Assembly: GCA_045046875.1 (NCBI GenBank)
Contig: JASFYY010000137.1
Span: 1-36,462 of the forward strand
Reading direction: 5' to 3'
DNA length: 36,462 nt
Source: Verrucomicrobiota bacterium
GTDB taxonomy: Bacteria; Verrucomicrobiota; Verrucomicrobiia; Verrucomicrobiales; DEV007
In this document: piece after piece, positions 8,522 through 17,159 of the stretch
Layout: every line of letters starts with the position of its first letter
Numbering within the stretch: the stretch's first letter is position 1
Notes under the pieces: model-generated
Seen by the model: the letters and a program-made list of their open reading frames with translations, nothing else
Told to the model about the DNA's origin: nothing
Database searches by the model: none
Translations under genes and position numbers: made by a program

Positions 8522-9832
8522 TCAGGAAAAGAGCTGCATGATAGGCTGTTTTTCGGGCACCATTTGTTTGGTTTTGCCATCGAGCTTGTGGCCTGCCACC
8601 ATGAAGGGGCGGCCTGACGGGGAATAAATGACTTTGTCCAGTGGCATCCCCATGGCGTAGGCGATGGTGGCGTTGTGATCCTTGGCGTTGACCACGTTTT
8701 CCTTGGGCGCGACGCCTTCGTCATCCGAGGCCCCATAGACCTGGCCTCCGACAATGCCTCCTCCGGCCCACATGGTAGAAAACACTGCCGAGTGGTGATC
8801 TCGTCCGCCATTGGCGTTGATGCGCGGGGTGCGGCCAAATTCGGAACCCAGTACGATCAAGGTTTTGTCGAACAGGCCTTCGGCCTTCAAGTCATCGATC
8901 AGAGCCGAGACCGCCTTGTCCATAATGCCGGCGCGTTCGGGTATCACATTCCACAGATCATTGTGCATGTCCCAGCCGCCGTAGGTGACTTCAACATGGC
9001 GCACACCGTTGGCTACCAAGCGTTTTGCCAGCAGGCAGCCCTGGCCCAATTGATTGAGACCATAGTTGTCACGCTTTTCTTGTTTTTCTTTGGAGAGATC
9101 AAAGACTTCCAGGTCTTCGCTTTTCATCAGCTTCAAGGTTTCGTCATAAAAATCGGAGTAAGCTTTGACTTCGTTGGTTTTGAATTTGTTGCGGAATGCG
9201 GTGTCGAAGGTGTCGACCATTTTCATTCTTTTTACAAAGGAACGCTCATCCACGGTGGCTTTCACATTTTGTATTCCTTTTTCAGGATCACCGATGGGCA
9301 GCGGGCTGAGCAGTGGTCCCATGAAACCGGAGCCGGGGTGATTGCCGCCGCCGCCGATCAATACGCTGTCTGGCAGGGTTTCATGTTTTTTGCCTAATAG
9401 ACGCTGTGCCCATGGGCCGGTGGTCGGATGGATGATGGTGGCTTTTCTGGCGTAGGCGGTGTGCAGTCGGTAGCTGGCTCCGCGATGGTCGGCGGTCAGA
9501 AGTTGCATTGAGCGAACCAGCGCAATGTCTTTGAATCGTTCGGCCAGGCCGGGCAGGAATTCCGATAGTTCAATTCCGGCGACGGGAGTTTTGGCGGTTC
9601 CTGTTTTGCCCTGGGTTGAGGCTCCGGGTTTGGGGTCGAAGGTGTCGAGGTGGGTCATGCCGCCACTCATGTAAAGAAAGATGCAGTGCTCGGCTTTGCC
9701 GCCACTCGATGCGCCGTAAACGCGGTCGTTTCCGAGCAAGGGTACCATGCTCACCCCCAGTGCGCTTTTTGCCGCATTCATCATGAATTTGCGGCGACTT
9801 TGTCCGTCCAATTTATTTGCTGAGTTTTTCAT
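8522..9832 (-). CDS. DUF1501 domain-containing protein, Tat-exported
   Basis: SRRKFM twin-arginine signal plus IFLYMSGGMTHLDTFDPKP, GCLLAKRLVANGVRHVEV, GWDMH, SEFGRTPRIN and GRDH motifs. Confidence 0.9.
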   Translation of the reverse strand: MKNSANKLDGQSRRKFMMNAAKSALGVSMVPLLGNDRVYGASSGGKAEHCIFLYMSGGMTHLDTFDPKPGASTQGKTGTAKTPVAGIELSEFLPGLAERFKDIALVRSMQLLTADHRGASYRLHTAYARKATIIHPTTGPWAQRLLGKKHETLPDSVLIGGGGNHPGSGFMGPLLSPLPIGDPEKGIQNVKATVDERSFVKRMKMVDTFDTAFRNKFKTNEVKAYSDFYDETLKLMKSEDLEVFDLSKEKQEKRDNYGLNQLGQGCLLAKRLVANGVRHVEVTYGGWDMHNDLWNVIPERAGIMDKAVSALIDDLKAEGLFDKTLIVLGSEFGRTPRINANGGRDHHSAVFSTMWAGGGIVGGQVYGASDDEGVAPKENVVNAKDHNATIAYAMGMPLDKVIYSPSGRPFMVAGHKLDGKTKQMVPEKQPIMQLFS

Positions 9833-10118
9833 TATACTAGATCCTTTGTTAGTGACTTGATTAGGCAGTGGCGAGGGATAGCAAACCCATCATGGACGCC
9901 AAATGGATTCACTACTCCCACCACTCGCTACTTTTTATAAGAGTAGCTATGATCAAGATAGGATGGGAGAGGCTTTGCGGACTATGCGTTTATTGATGAT
10001 TATTGTGCAGAATTTGCACAATGGGGACTGCTTACGGCTAGGGAGGGCAGAGGGAGGGGGTGTTTTTTTGGCACAGTGGCGGACAAATATGGAATTTTGT
10101 TCTACGAGAAAGGTTTTC

Positions 10119-11042
10119 CTACCCGGTTTCGGGCATGAAGGTGGGCATGACGATGCCGTTGGTGTCTGGTGATTCGCCGAGCACCTGGGAAAAGTGAAGC
10201 TCGCAATTTTTGGCTCCGATGGAATACATCGCATCGACCAAGTCATGCTGGTCAGCGGGGACCAGGAAAACCGGGCTGCGTCCCTTGTGTTGGTTCAGCT
10301 CTGCGACAATGAGCGAGCTGCAGGTTTTTGCATCACGCGAGATGCCCGGACCGAGCATGTTGCTGCCGGGGTGATGGACGGATACCAGGAAACCATTGAG
10401 TTCTCCATTTTCATCTTCGCTGATGCTGACGTGCCAGATGTCTTGATCATTTTTGATAAAATAAGCATAGTCTTCTCCTCGCGATATACCACTGACCGCT
10501 AACTCCAGTGCGGCCATGGCAGGAGCGTCATCCATCGTCGCGTCGCGGACCCGACTGAGATCAAAGGCCGATGGGTCGATGCCGTTGCTTGGCACGGGCA
10601 GAGCCATGTCTTGATAGATAGCGGTGGGCACAAACCCTTTGCGATTGTAGAGCGAATAGGAATCGAGGTTCAAGGCACTCGATACCAGGCGCAGCGCCTG
10701 TTTGCGTTGTTTGCTGAAATCGATGATCTCATTCAACAGTGCTCCTGCGACACCTGCACCAAAATAGTTAGGGTGAACATTCATGATGCCCAGGGAGACG
10801 TGGGTTTCGCGCGGGTGATAAAAACAGGATCCGAGGATCATGCCGCTTTCATTATGTTTGGCAACGAGGCAGCGGTCGGGATCGAGGTCCTCATAAACTT
10901 GACAGAATAACAGGCAGACTTCTGGTCCGCCCTTGAAAGCGGATACCCCCTGTTTGGTTTCGTACCAGTGATTGGTTGAGAGGTAGATCAGATTGGCCAC
11001 TTCCGGCCAATCTTCTTTTTTCATGGTGCTAAGGCTGAACAT
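10119..11042 (-). CDS. GNAT family N-acetyltransferase (probably two GNAT-like domains)
   Basis: Acetyl-CoA-binding motif A (MNVHPNYFGAGVAGALL) and SYSLYNRKGF. A second RDATMDD-type domain start follows. Confidence 0.8.
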   Translation of the reverse strand: MFSLSTMKKEDWPEVANLIYLSTNHWYETKQGVSAFKGGPEVCLLFCQVYEDLDPDRCLVAKHNESGMILGSCFYHPRETHVSLGIMNVHPNYFGAGVAGALLNEIIDFSKQRKQALRLVSSALNLDSYSLYNRKGFVPTAIYQDMALPVPSNGIDPSAFDLSRVRDATMDDAPAMAALELAVSGISRGEDYAYFIKNDQDIWHVSISEDENGELNGFLVSVHHPGSNMLGPGISRDAKTCSSLIVAELNQHKGRSPVFLVPADQHDLVDAMYSIGAKNCELHFSQVLGESPDTNGIVMPTFMPETG

Positions 11043-11168
11043 AATAATAAGTGGAGTGGGGGTTGGTGGAGAGATTAACGCTGAATACTTAGCGGGGCAA
11101 CGCGGGGTTGTATATTCGCTTGCAAAGGAGGGCTGGAAAAAAAGTGAGATTTAGATTGTGTTGGAAGC

Positions 11169-11193
11169 TTAACATTTGTTAACTTTTTTTACA
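11169..11193. promoter_or_regulatory. Candidate operator / Pho-box-like repeats upstream of the PhoH-family gene
   Basis: Perfect inverted repeat TTAACA-TT-TGTTAA (11169-11182). It also reads as direct repeats TTAACA / TTAACT / TTTACA at 11169, 11179 and 11188. Confidence 0.35.
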
Positions 11194-11220
11194 GCTAGTC
11201 TTTGTGATTAATATTTCAAA

Positions 11221-12801
11221 ATGAAGCAAACCCCTACCCCAACTAATCCGGTCGGCAAAAATGGTGCCAATCAATCTGACTTATTTCAAAAAACACAGCC
11301 GCCGGACACTCGTAACGGAAACACGGTGCGTTCGTCTCCTGAGCGGCGAAAGGGCAAGTTGCCCGATGGATTGAGAGCGCCGTCTGCAGTAGGTAAAAAT
11401 TTTGTGCTGGATACCAACGTGTTGTTACACGATCCGGGCTGCGTGCACCGTTTTGGTGACAATCATGTTTGCATTCCCTTGGAGGTGTTGTGCGAGCTGG
11501 ATCGATTCAAATCGGAACAGTCGGAGCGCGGCACCAATGCGAGGGCGGTTCACCGCACTCTGGTTGAGTTGTTTCATGATCATCCTGAGAACGCTACTTT
11601 CGGCATCCCGACGGCAGGCGGAGGTACGGTTAGAATGGTGATCTGTCATTCAGGAGACCGTAAGGCCAAGTCGGAAGCTTCCCAGCTTTGGGATCTGTTG
11701 CCGGGCAGCGGGTCGGTGGATCACCGTATTTTGTTTTGTGCCAAAATGCTGTCGATTGTCAATACCGCACCGGTGATTCTGGTAACCAAGGACTTGAACT
11801 TGCAACTGAAAGCGCACGCTTTGGGTTTGCCTTGTGAGGATTACCTCAATGATAAAGTGGAGCCCGAGGGTGGCGCGGGGCATCAAATCGAGCGTTATGA
11901 AGTGACGGCGAACCAGTTGCAGCGTTTTGCCAGCAGCGGGCGTTTGGAGCTGGCGAAAAAGAACCTGTCGGATTTTTCTTTGAATGATTATGTGCTGTTG
12001 TGTGCCGGGGAAAAGCGTACGATGCCGGCGAGGTTCGTGGGAAATTCTAGCTTTGTTCGTTTGAGGATTCCTCCGTCGATAAAAATCCAACAGGGCACGG
12101 TGATTAGGCCTTTGAATCTAGGTCAACAGTGTTTTCAGGATGCGTTGTTGAATCCGGATATATCAATGGTGACCTGTTATGGTCAGGCTGGCACGGGCAA
12201 GACCCTGTTGGCGGTGGCTTCGGCTTTGCATGCTACTTTTGGAGGTGCTTATACGGGAATCACGGTGAGTCGGCCGGTGGTTCCGCTGGGAGAGACCTTG
12301 GGCTTTTTGCCGGGGGCGCTGGATGAGAAGTTGGCTCCTTGGCTGACCCCTATCTTTGATGCGCTGGAGTTTATTCTGGCTCCGAATTCATCCGGCGAAC
12401 GAGGGAAGAAAAATCGTAAAAATGCAGGATCGAAAAACGGAAACCCGACTGTGGCAGGGGCACAAAAATGTTACCAACCTATGTTGGACTCCGGATTGAT
12501 AGAGGTCGAGGCTTTGTGTTACATCCGAGGGCGTTCGATTCCTAATCGATTTTTTATTCTGGATGAAGCTCAACAGTTGACCCCACTGGAGGCTAAAACG
12601 ATTGTGACCCGTATGGCGAGTGGATCTAAATTGGTGTTGGTGGGTGATCCGGAGCAAATTGACAACCCTTATGTGGACCGGCGCAGTAACGGTTTGGTTT
12701 TCACCCGGGATCGTTTGCGCAATGAGGCTTGCAGTGCGCATGTGACTTTGGAAAAAGGCGAGCGCAGTGAGCTGGCGGAAGCCGGGGCACGGTTGATGTG
12801 A
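11221..12801 (+). CDS. PhoH family protein with N-terminal PIN domain (PhoH2-like)
   Basis: PIN motifs FVLDTNVLLHDP, ELDRFK, DHRIL and LVTKDLNL. PhoH ATPase motifs GQAGTGKT, SRPVV, LGFLPG, YIRGRS, ILDEAQ, TR and GDPEQID. Confidence 0.9.
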   Translation: MKQTPTPTNPVGKNGANQSDLFQKTQPPDTRNGNTVRSSPERRKGKLPDGLRAPSAVGKNFVLDTNVLLHDPGCVHRFGDNHVCIPLEVLCELDRFKSEQSERGTNARAVHRTLVELFHDHPENATFGIPTAGGGTVRMVICHSGDRKAKSEASQLWDLLPGSGSVDHRILFCAKMLSIVNTAPVILVTKDLNLQLKAHALGLPCEDYLNDKVEPEGGAGHQIERYEVTANQLQRFASSGRLELAKKNLSDFSLNDYVLLCAGEKRTMPARFVGNSSFVRLRIPPSIKIQQGTVIRPLNLGQQCFQDALLNPDISMVTCYGQAGTGKTLLAVASALHATFGGAYTGITVSRPVVPLGETLGFLPGALDEKLAPWLTPIFDALEFILAPNSSGERGKKNRKNAGSKNGNPTVAGAQKCYQPMLDSGLIEVEALCYIRGRSIPNRFFILDEAQQLTPLEAKTIVTRMASGSKLVLVGDPEQIDNPYVDRRSNGLVFTRDRLRNEACSAHVTLEKGERSELAEAGARLM

Positions 12802-12859
12802 TGTTTTCAAATTGAGAAATTATCTTGTTTTAAAAAAGACCGGGCAATAAGGTCGCAAG

Positions 12860-13771
12860 ATGGAATGGAAAGGTAGAAGACGTAGTTCGAATGTCGAGGA
12901 TCGCCGCGGTGAGCGGGTGAGTGGAGCTTCGCAAGGATCCTCTGCGGCTGGGGGTATGCTTTTGTCGTTGTTTTTCCGTAGCAGTAAAAAGACCAAGCTG
13001 TTTGTGGTTGTGGCAGGATTAGTGGCGATGTTCGTTTTCGGCATTTCTCCGATGTCGGTATTGAACTTTGTTGGTGGAGGAAGTGGTGAGCCGGTGGTGA
13101 CACGGGATGCTCCAGCGCCGAATGATGAAATGCGTGCGTTTTTGTCGACGATCAAGGCGGATAACGAGGATGTTTGGGCGGGTTTATTCCTCGAGCAGGG
13201 AATGGCTTACCGGCCGGCCAAGATGGTGATTTACTCGGATCAAACGGTGATGCCCGGCGGGGTGGCGGATGCTCGTATGGGGCCGTTTTATATGCCCGCC
13301 AATGAAACGGTTTACATTGACCCTCATTTTTTCAGGGAGATGAAAGAGCGTTTTGGCGCACCGGGCGATTTTGCCCAGGCTTATGTCATCGCGCATGAAA
13401 TCGGGCATCATATCCAGAATTTGCTGGGTTACACGGATAAGGTCCATGGGCAGCGTGGCAGGGCTTCAAAAAAGGAATACAACCAGCTTTCAGTGCGGCT
13501 CGAATTGCAGGCCGATTTTCTAGCTGGGGTTTTTGCTCATCATGCGGATCAGCAGTTTAATTTTCTAGAGGATGGTGATATCCGGGAAGCGATGAATTGC
13601 GCGCGGGCGATTGGTGATGATACTCTGCAGAAGCAGTCGGGTGGACGGGTGATGCCCGATTCGTTCACTCATGGAACTTCCGCGCAGCGGGCGAAGTGGT
13701 TCATGAAAGGCTATCGCAGCGGAGATGTGAAGCAGGGCAATACCTTTGAGCTGCCTTACGGGCAGTTGTGA
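12860..13771 (+). CDS. Neutral zinc metallopeptidase (YpfJ-like)
   Basis: Motifs RRSSNVEDRRG, a transmembrane segment, GPFY, GDFAQAYVIAHEIGHHIQ (HExxH), ELQADFLAG, IGDD and SFTHGT. Confidence 0.9.
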   Translation: MEWKGRRRSSNVEDRRGERVSGASQGSSAAGGMLLSLFFRSSKKTKLFVVVAGLVAMFVFGISPMSVLNFVGGGSGEPVVTRDAPAPNDEMRAFLSTIKADNEDVWAGLFLEQGMAYRPAKMVIYSDQTVMPGGVADARMGPFYMPANETVYIDPHFFREMKERFGAPGDFAQAYVIAHEIGHHIQNLLGYTDKVHGQRGRASKKEYNQLSVRLELQADFLAGVFAHHADQQFNFLEDGDIREAMNCARAIGDDTLQKQSGGRVMPDSFTHGTSAQRAKWFMKGYRSGDVKQGNTFELPYGQL

Positions 13772-13790
13772 GAAGAGCGGGGTTCAGAGT

Positions 13791-14561
13791 TCAATGGCTT
13801 CGTATCAGGTTGGTTTGCGAGGCGTTTTGCGGGATTTTGATGGTGAACAAATCTGCAGCAAAGTGTGGCGATAGATTCCACTGGGATACTCTGCTGGAAA
13901 TTTTCGGGGAACCGTCACGGGCTTTGATGGTGATGACTAATTTGCGTGGTAGCTGATCTTTTTGCCCAATCCATAGCTCCCAGTCGAGACTCTGTAGGGT
14001 CGCTTTGAGGTGGTCGCATTGAGTTCCGTCGATCGACTCGCTGCCGACGTGATTGACCACACCACCTTCGTGAGTCAGGCTGCGGTAAGGATCACTGACG
14101 AAGATGTCAGAGAGTGGCGGGCGAACTCCCCAGTCCCCGCTGATGCTGTCGATGACTTCATCGATGGTGCCAGGTGCTTCCTGACTGGCGTATTCGTTGC
14201 GTTTTTCATTATAGGTGATGACTTTTGACCCATCATAAAGCAAGTGGCGTTTGCCTTGCGGGGTGGTGGTGATGCCTCTGATTTGATTGGGACGCTTGAC
14301 GAACATGTCGATTTGCGCTGATTCGTCGATGCTGGTGCCAAGCACCAAGGCGGCATCGATGGTGCGTGAGGTGTGGAAGCTGAATTGCTGACTAGCGGCT
14401 AGTTTGTTTGACATGGCGCGCAGGGCGGCATCGGCTCGCGGGTCAATGGTGAGCGGGTTTTGATCGAGGGTGCTGCAACTATTTCCGAGCATGACAAGAG
14501 CTGCCAACAGCAGGGGGAGGCGGAGCTTGCGAAATGATGATTTGAGGCAGATGGCTTTCAT
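13791..14561 (-). CDS. DUF2092 domain-containing putative lipoprotein
   Basis: Lipobox-like LGNSC plus IDPRADAALRAMS, VKRPNQIR, LYDG, CDHL, WELWI and LPRKLVIT. Start set at ATG 14561 (MKAICL). Confidence 0.75.
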   Translation of the reverse strand: MKAICLKSSFRKLRLPLLLAALVMLGNSCSTLDQNPLTIDPRADAALRAMSNKLAASQQFSFHTSRTIDAALVLGTSIDESAQIDMFVKRPNQIRGITTTPQGKRHLLYDGSKVITYNEKRNEYASQEAPGTIDEVIDSISGDWGVRPPLSDIFVSDPYRSLTHEGGVVNHVGSESIDGTQCDHLKATLQSLDWELWIGQKDQLPRKLVITIKARDGSPKISSRVSQWNLSPHFAADLFTIKIPQNASQTNLIRSH

Positions 14562-14708
14562 GGATGAATGAGTGGGCAATAGGATTTGAAATAGGATTTA
14601 AATCTGAAAAAAGAGTAGGGGAGTGAAGTATGCTTGTCTATGCTAAAAGGCGTGCCGAGGGTATTACATGCAGCATGAATCAACTGGAATTTAGAAGTAG
14701 TAAATAGG

Positions 14709-16310
14709 ATGTGGGAAGTTTTAGAGCTCAACTCGACTTGGATCGTGCTGGCATTTGTTTGCGGTTTGCTGGCGAGGATGTTGGGTTTGCCACCTTTGAC
14801 CGGTTTTTTAGTAGCGGGATTTATATTAAACATAGAAGGGATCCAGTCCAGTCCGGTGATTGAGCAGTTTGCTGATCTGGGAGTTACTTTGTTATTGTTC
14901 ACACTCGGACTGAAATTGCGGCTCAAGGATTTGTCAGCGCCTTATGTGTGGGGGAATACCATGGGGCACATGGCGTTGGTGGTCTGTGTGGTGGCGGCGT
15001 CATTGATGCTGGTGGGGGTGATTGTCGAGGCGGATTGGATTCCCCGGGGTTGGCGGACTTGTCTGGTGTTGGCTTTTGCATTGAGTTTTTCCAGCACAGT
15101 GTTTGCGGTGAAGGTATTTCAAGACCGTTCCGAAATGGGTTCGCTGCATGGCAGGGTGGCGGTGGGTGTGCTGATTGTGCAAGATATCGTGGCGGTGGTT
15201 TTTATGAGCTTTGCCGGTGCCGGGGTGCCTTCCTGGTGGGCGCTGCTTTTGCTGCTGTTGGTTCCCGCTCGTCCGCTGTTGTATAAAATGTTGGATTGGG
15301 GTGGGCACGGGGAGTTGTTGACTTTGTTTGGATTTGCGATGGCTTTTTTTGGTGCGGAGGTTTTTGGCCTATTGGGGATGAAGGGGGATTTTGGGGCTTT
15401 GTTGCTTGGGGTGTTGATGGGAGGGCATGCCAAAGCTTCGGATCTTGCCAAGAGTCTATTGCGTTTCAAGGATGTGATGTTGGTGGGATTTTTCCTTACC
15501 GTCGGTATGATGGGTTTTCCCGATCTTCGGGGTTTGGTGATCGCCGCCGCACTCGCTTTGGTTTTGGCTCCTTTAAAAGCACTGTTGTTTTACCGTTTGT
15601 TCACTTGGTCGAAATTACGATCTTCGACCTCTTATTATGCCACACTGGCCTTGTCCAATTTCAGTGAATTTGGCTTGATCGTTGGTGCAGTGGCGCTAGG
15701 GGCGGGTTGGATCGAGCAGGAGTGGTTGGTGATTTTAGCGATGGCCTTGGCTTTGTCGTTTGTTGTTTCTTCCTGGGCTAACGCTAAAGCTCTTAAGGGA
15801 TTTGAGAAGTTTGGTGTCACTCTCAAACGCTGGCAATCAATCAAACGTCTGCCCGGCGATGGTTTTTTGGATCCTGGCGATGCTGATCTGGTAATCATCG
15901 GGATGGGTCGGGTGGGTACGAGAACCTATGAGACGCTCAGTGAACGTTATGGCAGGGAGGTGCTTGCCGTGGATGCGGATCCTACGGTGGTGAAGGAGCA
16001 CCGTGAACGGGGGCAGAATGTGATCAGCGGAGACGCAACCGATCGTGACTTCTGGGAACGCTTTCGGATGAAACAAATCCGAGCGGTGATGTTGACCTTG
16101 CCGAGGAAAGCGGAGAATCAGAATGTGGCGAGACATTTACGTCGCTGGGGATTTAAAGGGATTATTTCGGCGGCAGCGCGATACGAGGGGCATGTTGCAG
16201 AACTAGAGGATGCGGGAGTGGATTTTGCTTATAACTACTATGCTGATGCGGGGGAGGCTTTTGCGTTGGCGGTGTGTGGCAAGTATTTGATCGAAGGTGA
16301 GGAAAAGTAG
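14709..16310 (+). CDS. Cation:proton antiporter (CPA2/Kef-type) with C-terminal TrkA-N domain
   Basis: About 12 hydrophobic segments, LSFSST, VLIVQD and SEFGLIV. C-terminal Rossmann motif IIGMGRVG and GDATD. Confidence 0.9.
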   Translation: MWEVLELNSTWIVLAFVCGLLARMLGLPPLTGFLVAGFILNIEGIQSSPVIEQFADLGVTLLLFTLGLKLRLKDLSAPYVWGNTMGHMALVVCVVAASLMLVGVIVEADWIPRGWRTCLVLAFALSFSSTVFAVKVFQDRSEMGSLHGRVAVGVLIVQDIVAVVFMSFAGAGVPSWWALLLLLLVPARPLLYKMLDWGGHGELLTLFGFAMAFFGAEVFGLLGMKGDFGALLLGVLMGGHAKASDLAKSLLRFKDVMLVGFFLTVGMMGFPDLRGLVIAAALALVLAPLKALLFYRLFTWSKLRSSTSYYATLALSNFSEFGLIVGAVALGAGWIEQEWLVILAMALALSFVVSSWANAKALKGFEKFGVTLKRWQSIKRLPGDGFLDPGDADLVIIGMGRVGTRTYETLSERYGREVLAVDADPTVVKEHRERGQNVISGDATDRDFWERFRMKQIRAVMLTLPRKAENQNVARHLRRWGFKGIISAAARYEGHVAELEDAGVDFAYNYYADAGEAFALAVCGKYLIEGEEK

Positions 16311-16352
16311 GTTGTGCTTGAACTTTGGCGCAAACTCAGTCATGGATGGTGG

Positions 16353-16829
16353 ATGAAATGGATACAACTACTGTTGGTGGTGTTGGCTTTGAGCGCTTGG
16401 TCTTGCGAGACTTTGAAGCTGAAGGGGACGCATGGGAAAGATGCCAAAGGAGAAGACGAGCAACCTACCTCACTGGCCGATATTGATACCAGCGATTTGC
16501 CCGCGGAATATGTGCCGGGGGTTCGCCCAGTGGTGACCTATTACGTCGATGAAATGTCCAATAGCCAGTTCACTTTTGATGATGAAATCGGGGACTATAG
16601 GGTGAAGTTGTTTCCTGACCATACTTACAGTTTCACTGCGACGGCCAAGGATAAATCGAGAAGCAGCACCAAAGGAGGCTTGTGGAAATGGCACCGGGTG
16701 GGGCCTGACCAGGGGTTTTTGATGCTGGACAACCGGCGCTGGTTTTTAGGTTTCACTACTTTGGATGAAGCCAAGGCGACGACCAAGGGGGATCAACGTT
16801 CCTTCATACTGAAATTCTCTCATATGTGA
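16353..16829 (+). CDS. Hypothetical lipoprotein
   Basis: From ATG 16353: MKWIQLLLVVLALSAWSC, a type II signal peptide with lipobox Cys, followed by a beta-rich domain. Confidence 0.7.
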   Translation: MKWIQLLLVVLALSAWSCETLKLKGTHGKDAKGEDEQPTSLADIDTSDLPAEYVPGVRPVVTYYVDEMSNSQFTFDDEIGDYRVKLFPDHTYSFTATAKDKSRSSTKGGLWKWHRVGPDQGFLMLDNRRWFLGFTTLDEAKATTKGDQRSFILKFSHM

Positions 16830-16855
16830 TATCGGCTGTATGACACAAGATTTAC

Positions 16856-16883
16856 TTGTATCGCTCCGGAATCAGGGTAATCT
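16856..16883 (+). promoter_or_regulatory. Putative sigma70 promoter of the riboswitch transcript
   Basis: TTGTAT (16856-16861), 16-bp spacer, TAATCT (16878-16883). The predicted start at about 16889-16891 lies just 5' of riboswitch P1. Confidence 0.5.
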
Positions 16884-16891
16884 CTAGTCAA

Positions 16892-17034
16892 GCATCAGGA
16901 GTGGTTTTGCTCGAAAGAGCGAGATCCGGCAACCTGGCGATGGAGAAGCCAAGGTGCCTTGGGAGCAGAAATGTTTCCGATGTGCGAGTAGTCCGGTTCG
17001 TTTGAGCGGGGTGAGCTCGAACAGAAATTCTCCA
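16892..17034 (+). ncRNA. SAM riboswitch, SAM-I/IV variant architecture
   Basis: P1 GCATC (16892-16896)/GATGT (16979-16983). J1/2 AGGAG. P2 GGTTTTGCTC-GAAA-GAGCGAGATC, with no kink-turn. P3 GGCAACC...GGTGCC SAM-binding core with TGGC/GCCA extension. P4 GGGAGCA-GAAA-TGTTTCC. P5 TTTGAGC/GCTCGAA (17001-17021). Pseudoknot between L3 TGGAGAA (16941-16947) and TTCTCCA (17028-17034). Confidence 0.88.
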
Positions 17035-17059
17035 AGGGAGCGAAAAAGAATTTTCGATG

Positions 17060-17092
17060 ACCGCCGATCCTGATGGGAACGGCGGTTTTTTT
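17060..17092 (+). terminator. Intrinsic terminator forming the riboswitch expression platform
   Basis: ACCGCCG (17060-17066)...CGGCGGT (17080-17086) stem with inner TCC/GGA pairs, followed by a T run to 17092. It lies between the aptamer and the ATG at 17160. Confidence 0.85.
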
Positions 17093-17159
17093 GTGTTCTT
17101 TTTCGAGCCCTGAAAAGAACTGGTGTGATTGGAAATAAAATATAACCAAATCACATAAC

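Noticed and set aside
11221..12801. PIN domain as the toxin of a toxin-antitoxin or anti-phage system
   Set aside because: No small antitoxin ORF lies upstream and there is no defence-island context. PIN-PhoH fusions are widespread chromosomal genes.
14641..14657. Sigma54-like CGGCACG...TTAGC on the minus strand upstream of the DUF2092 gene
   Set aside because: The GG-to-GC spacing is 11 nt rather than the strictly required 10.
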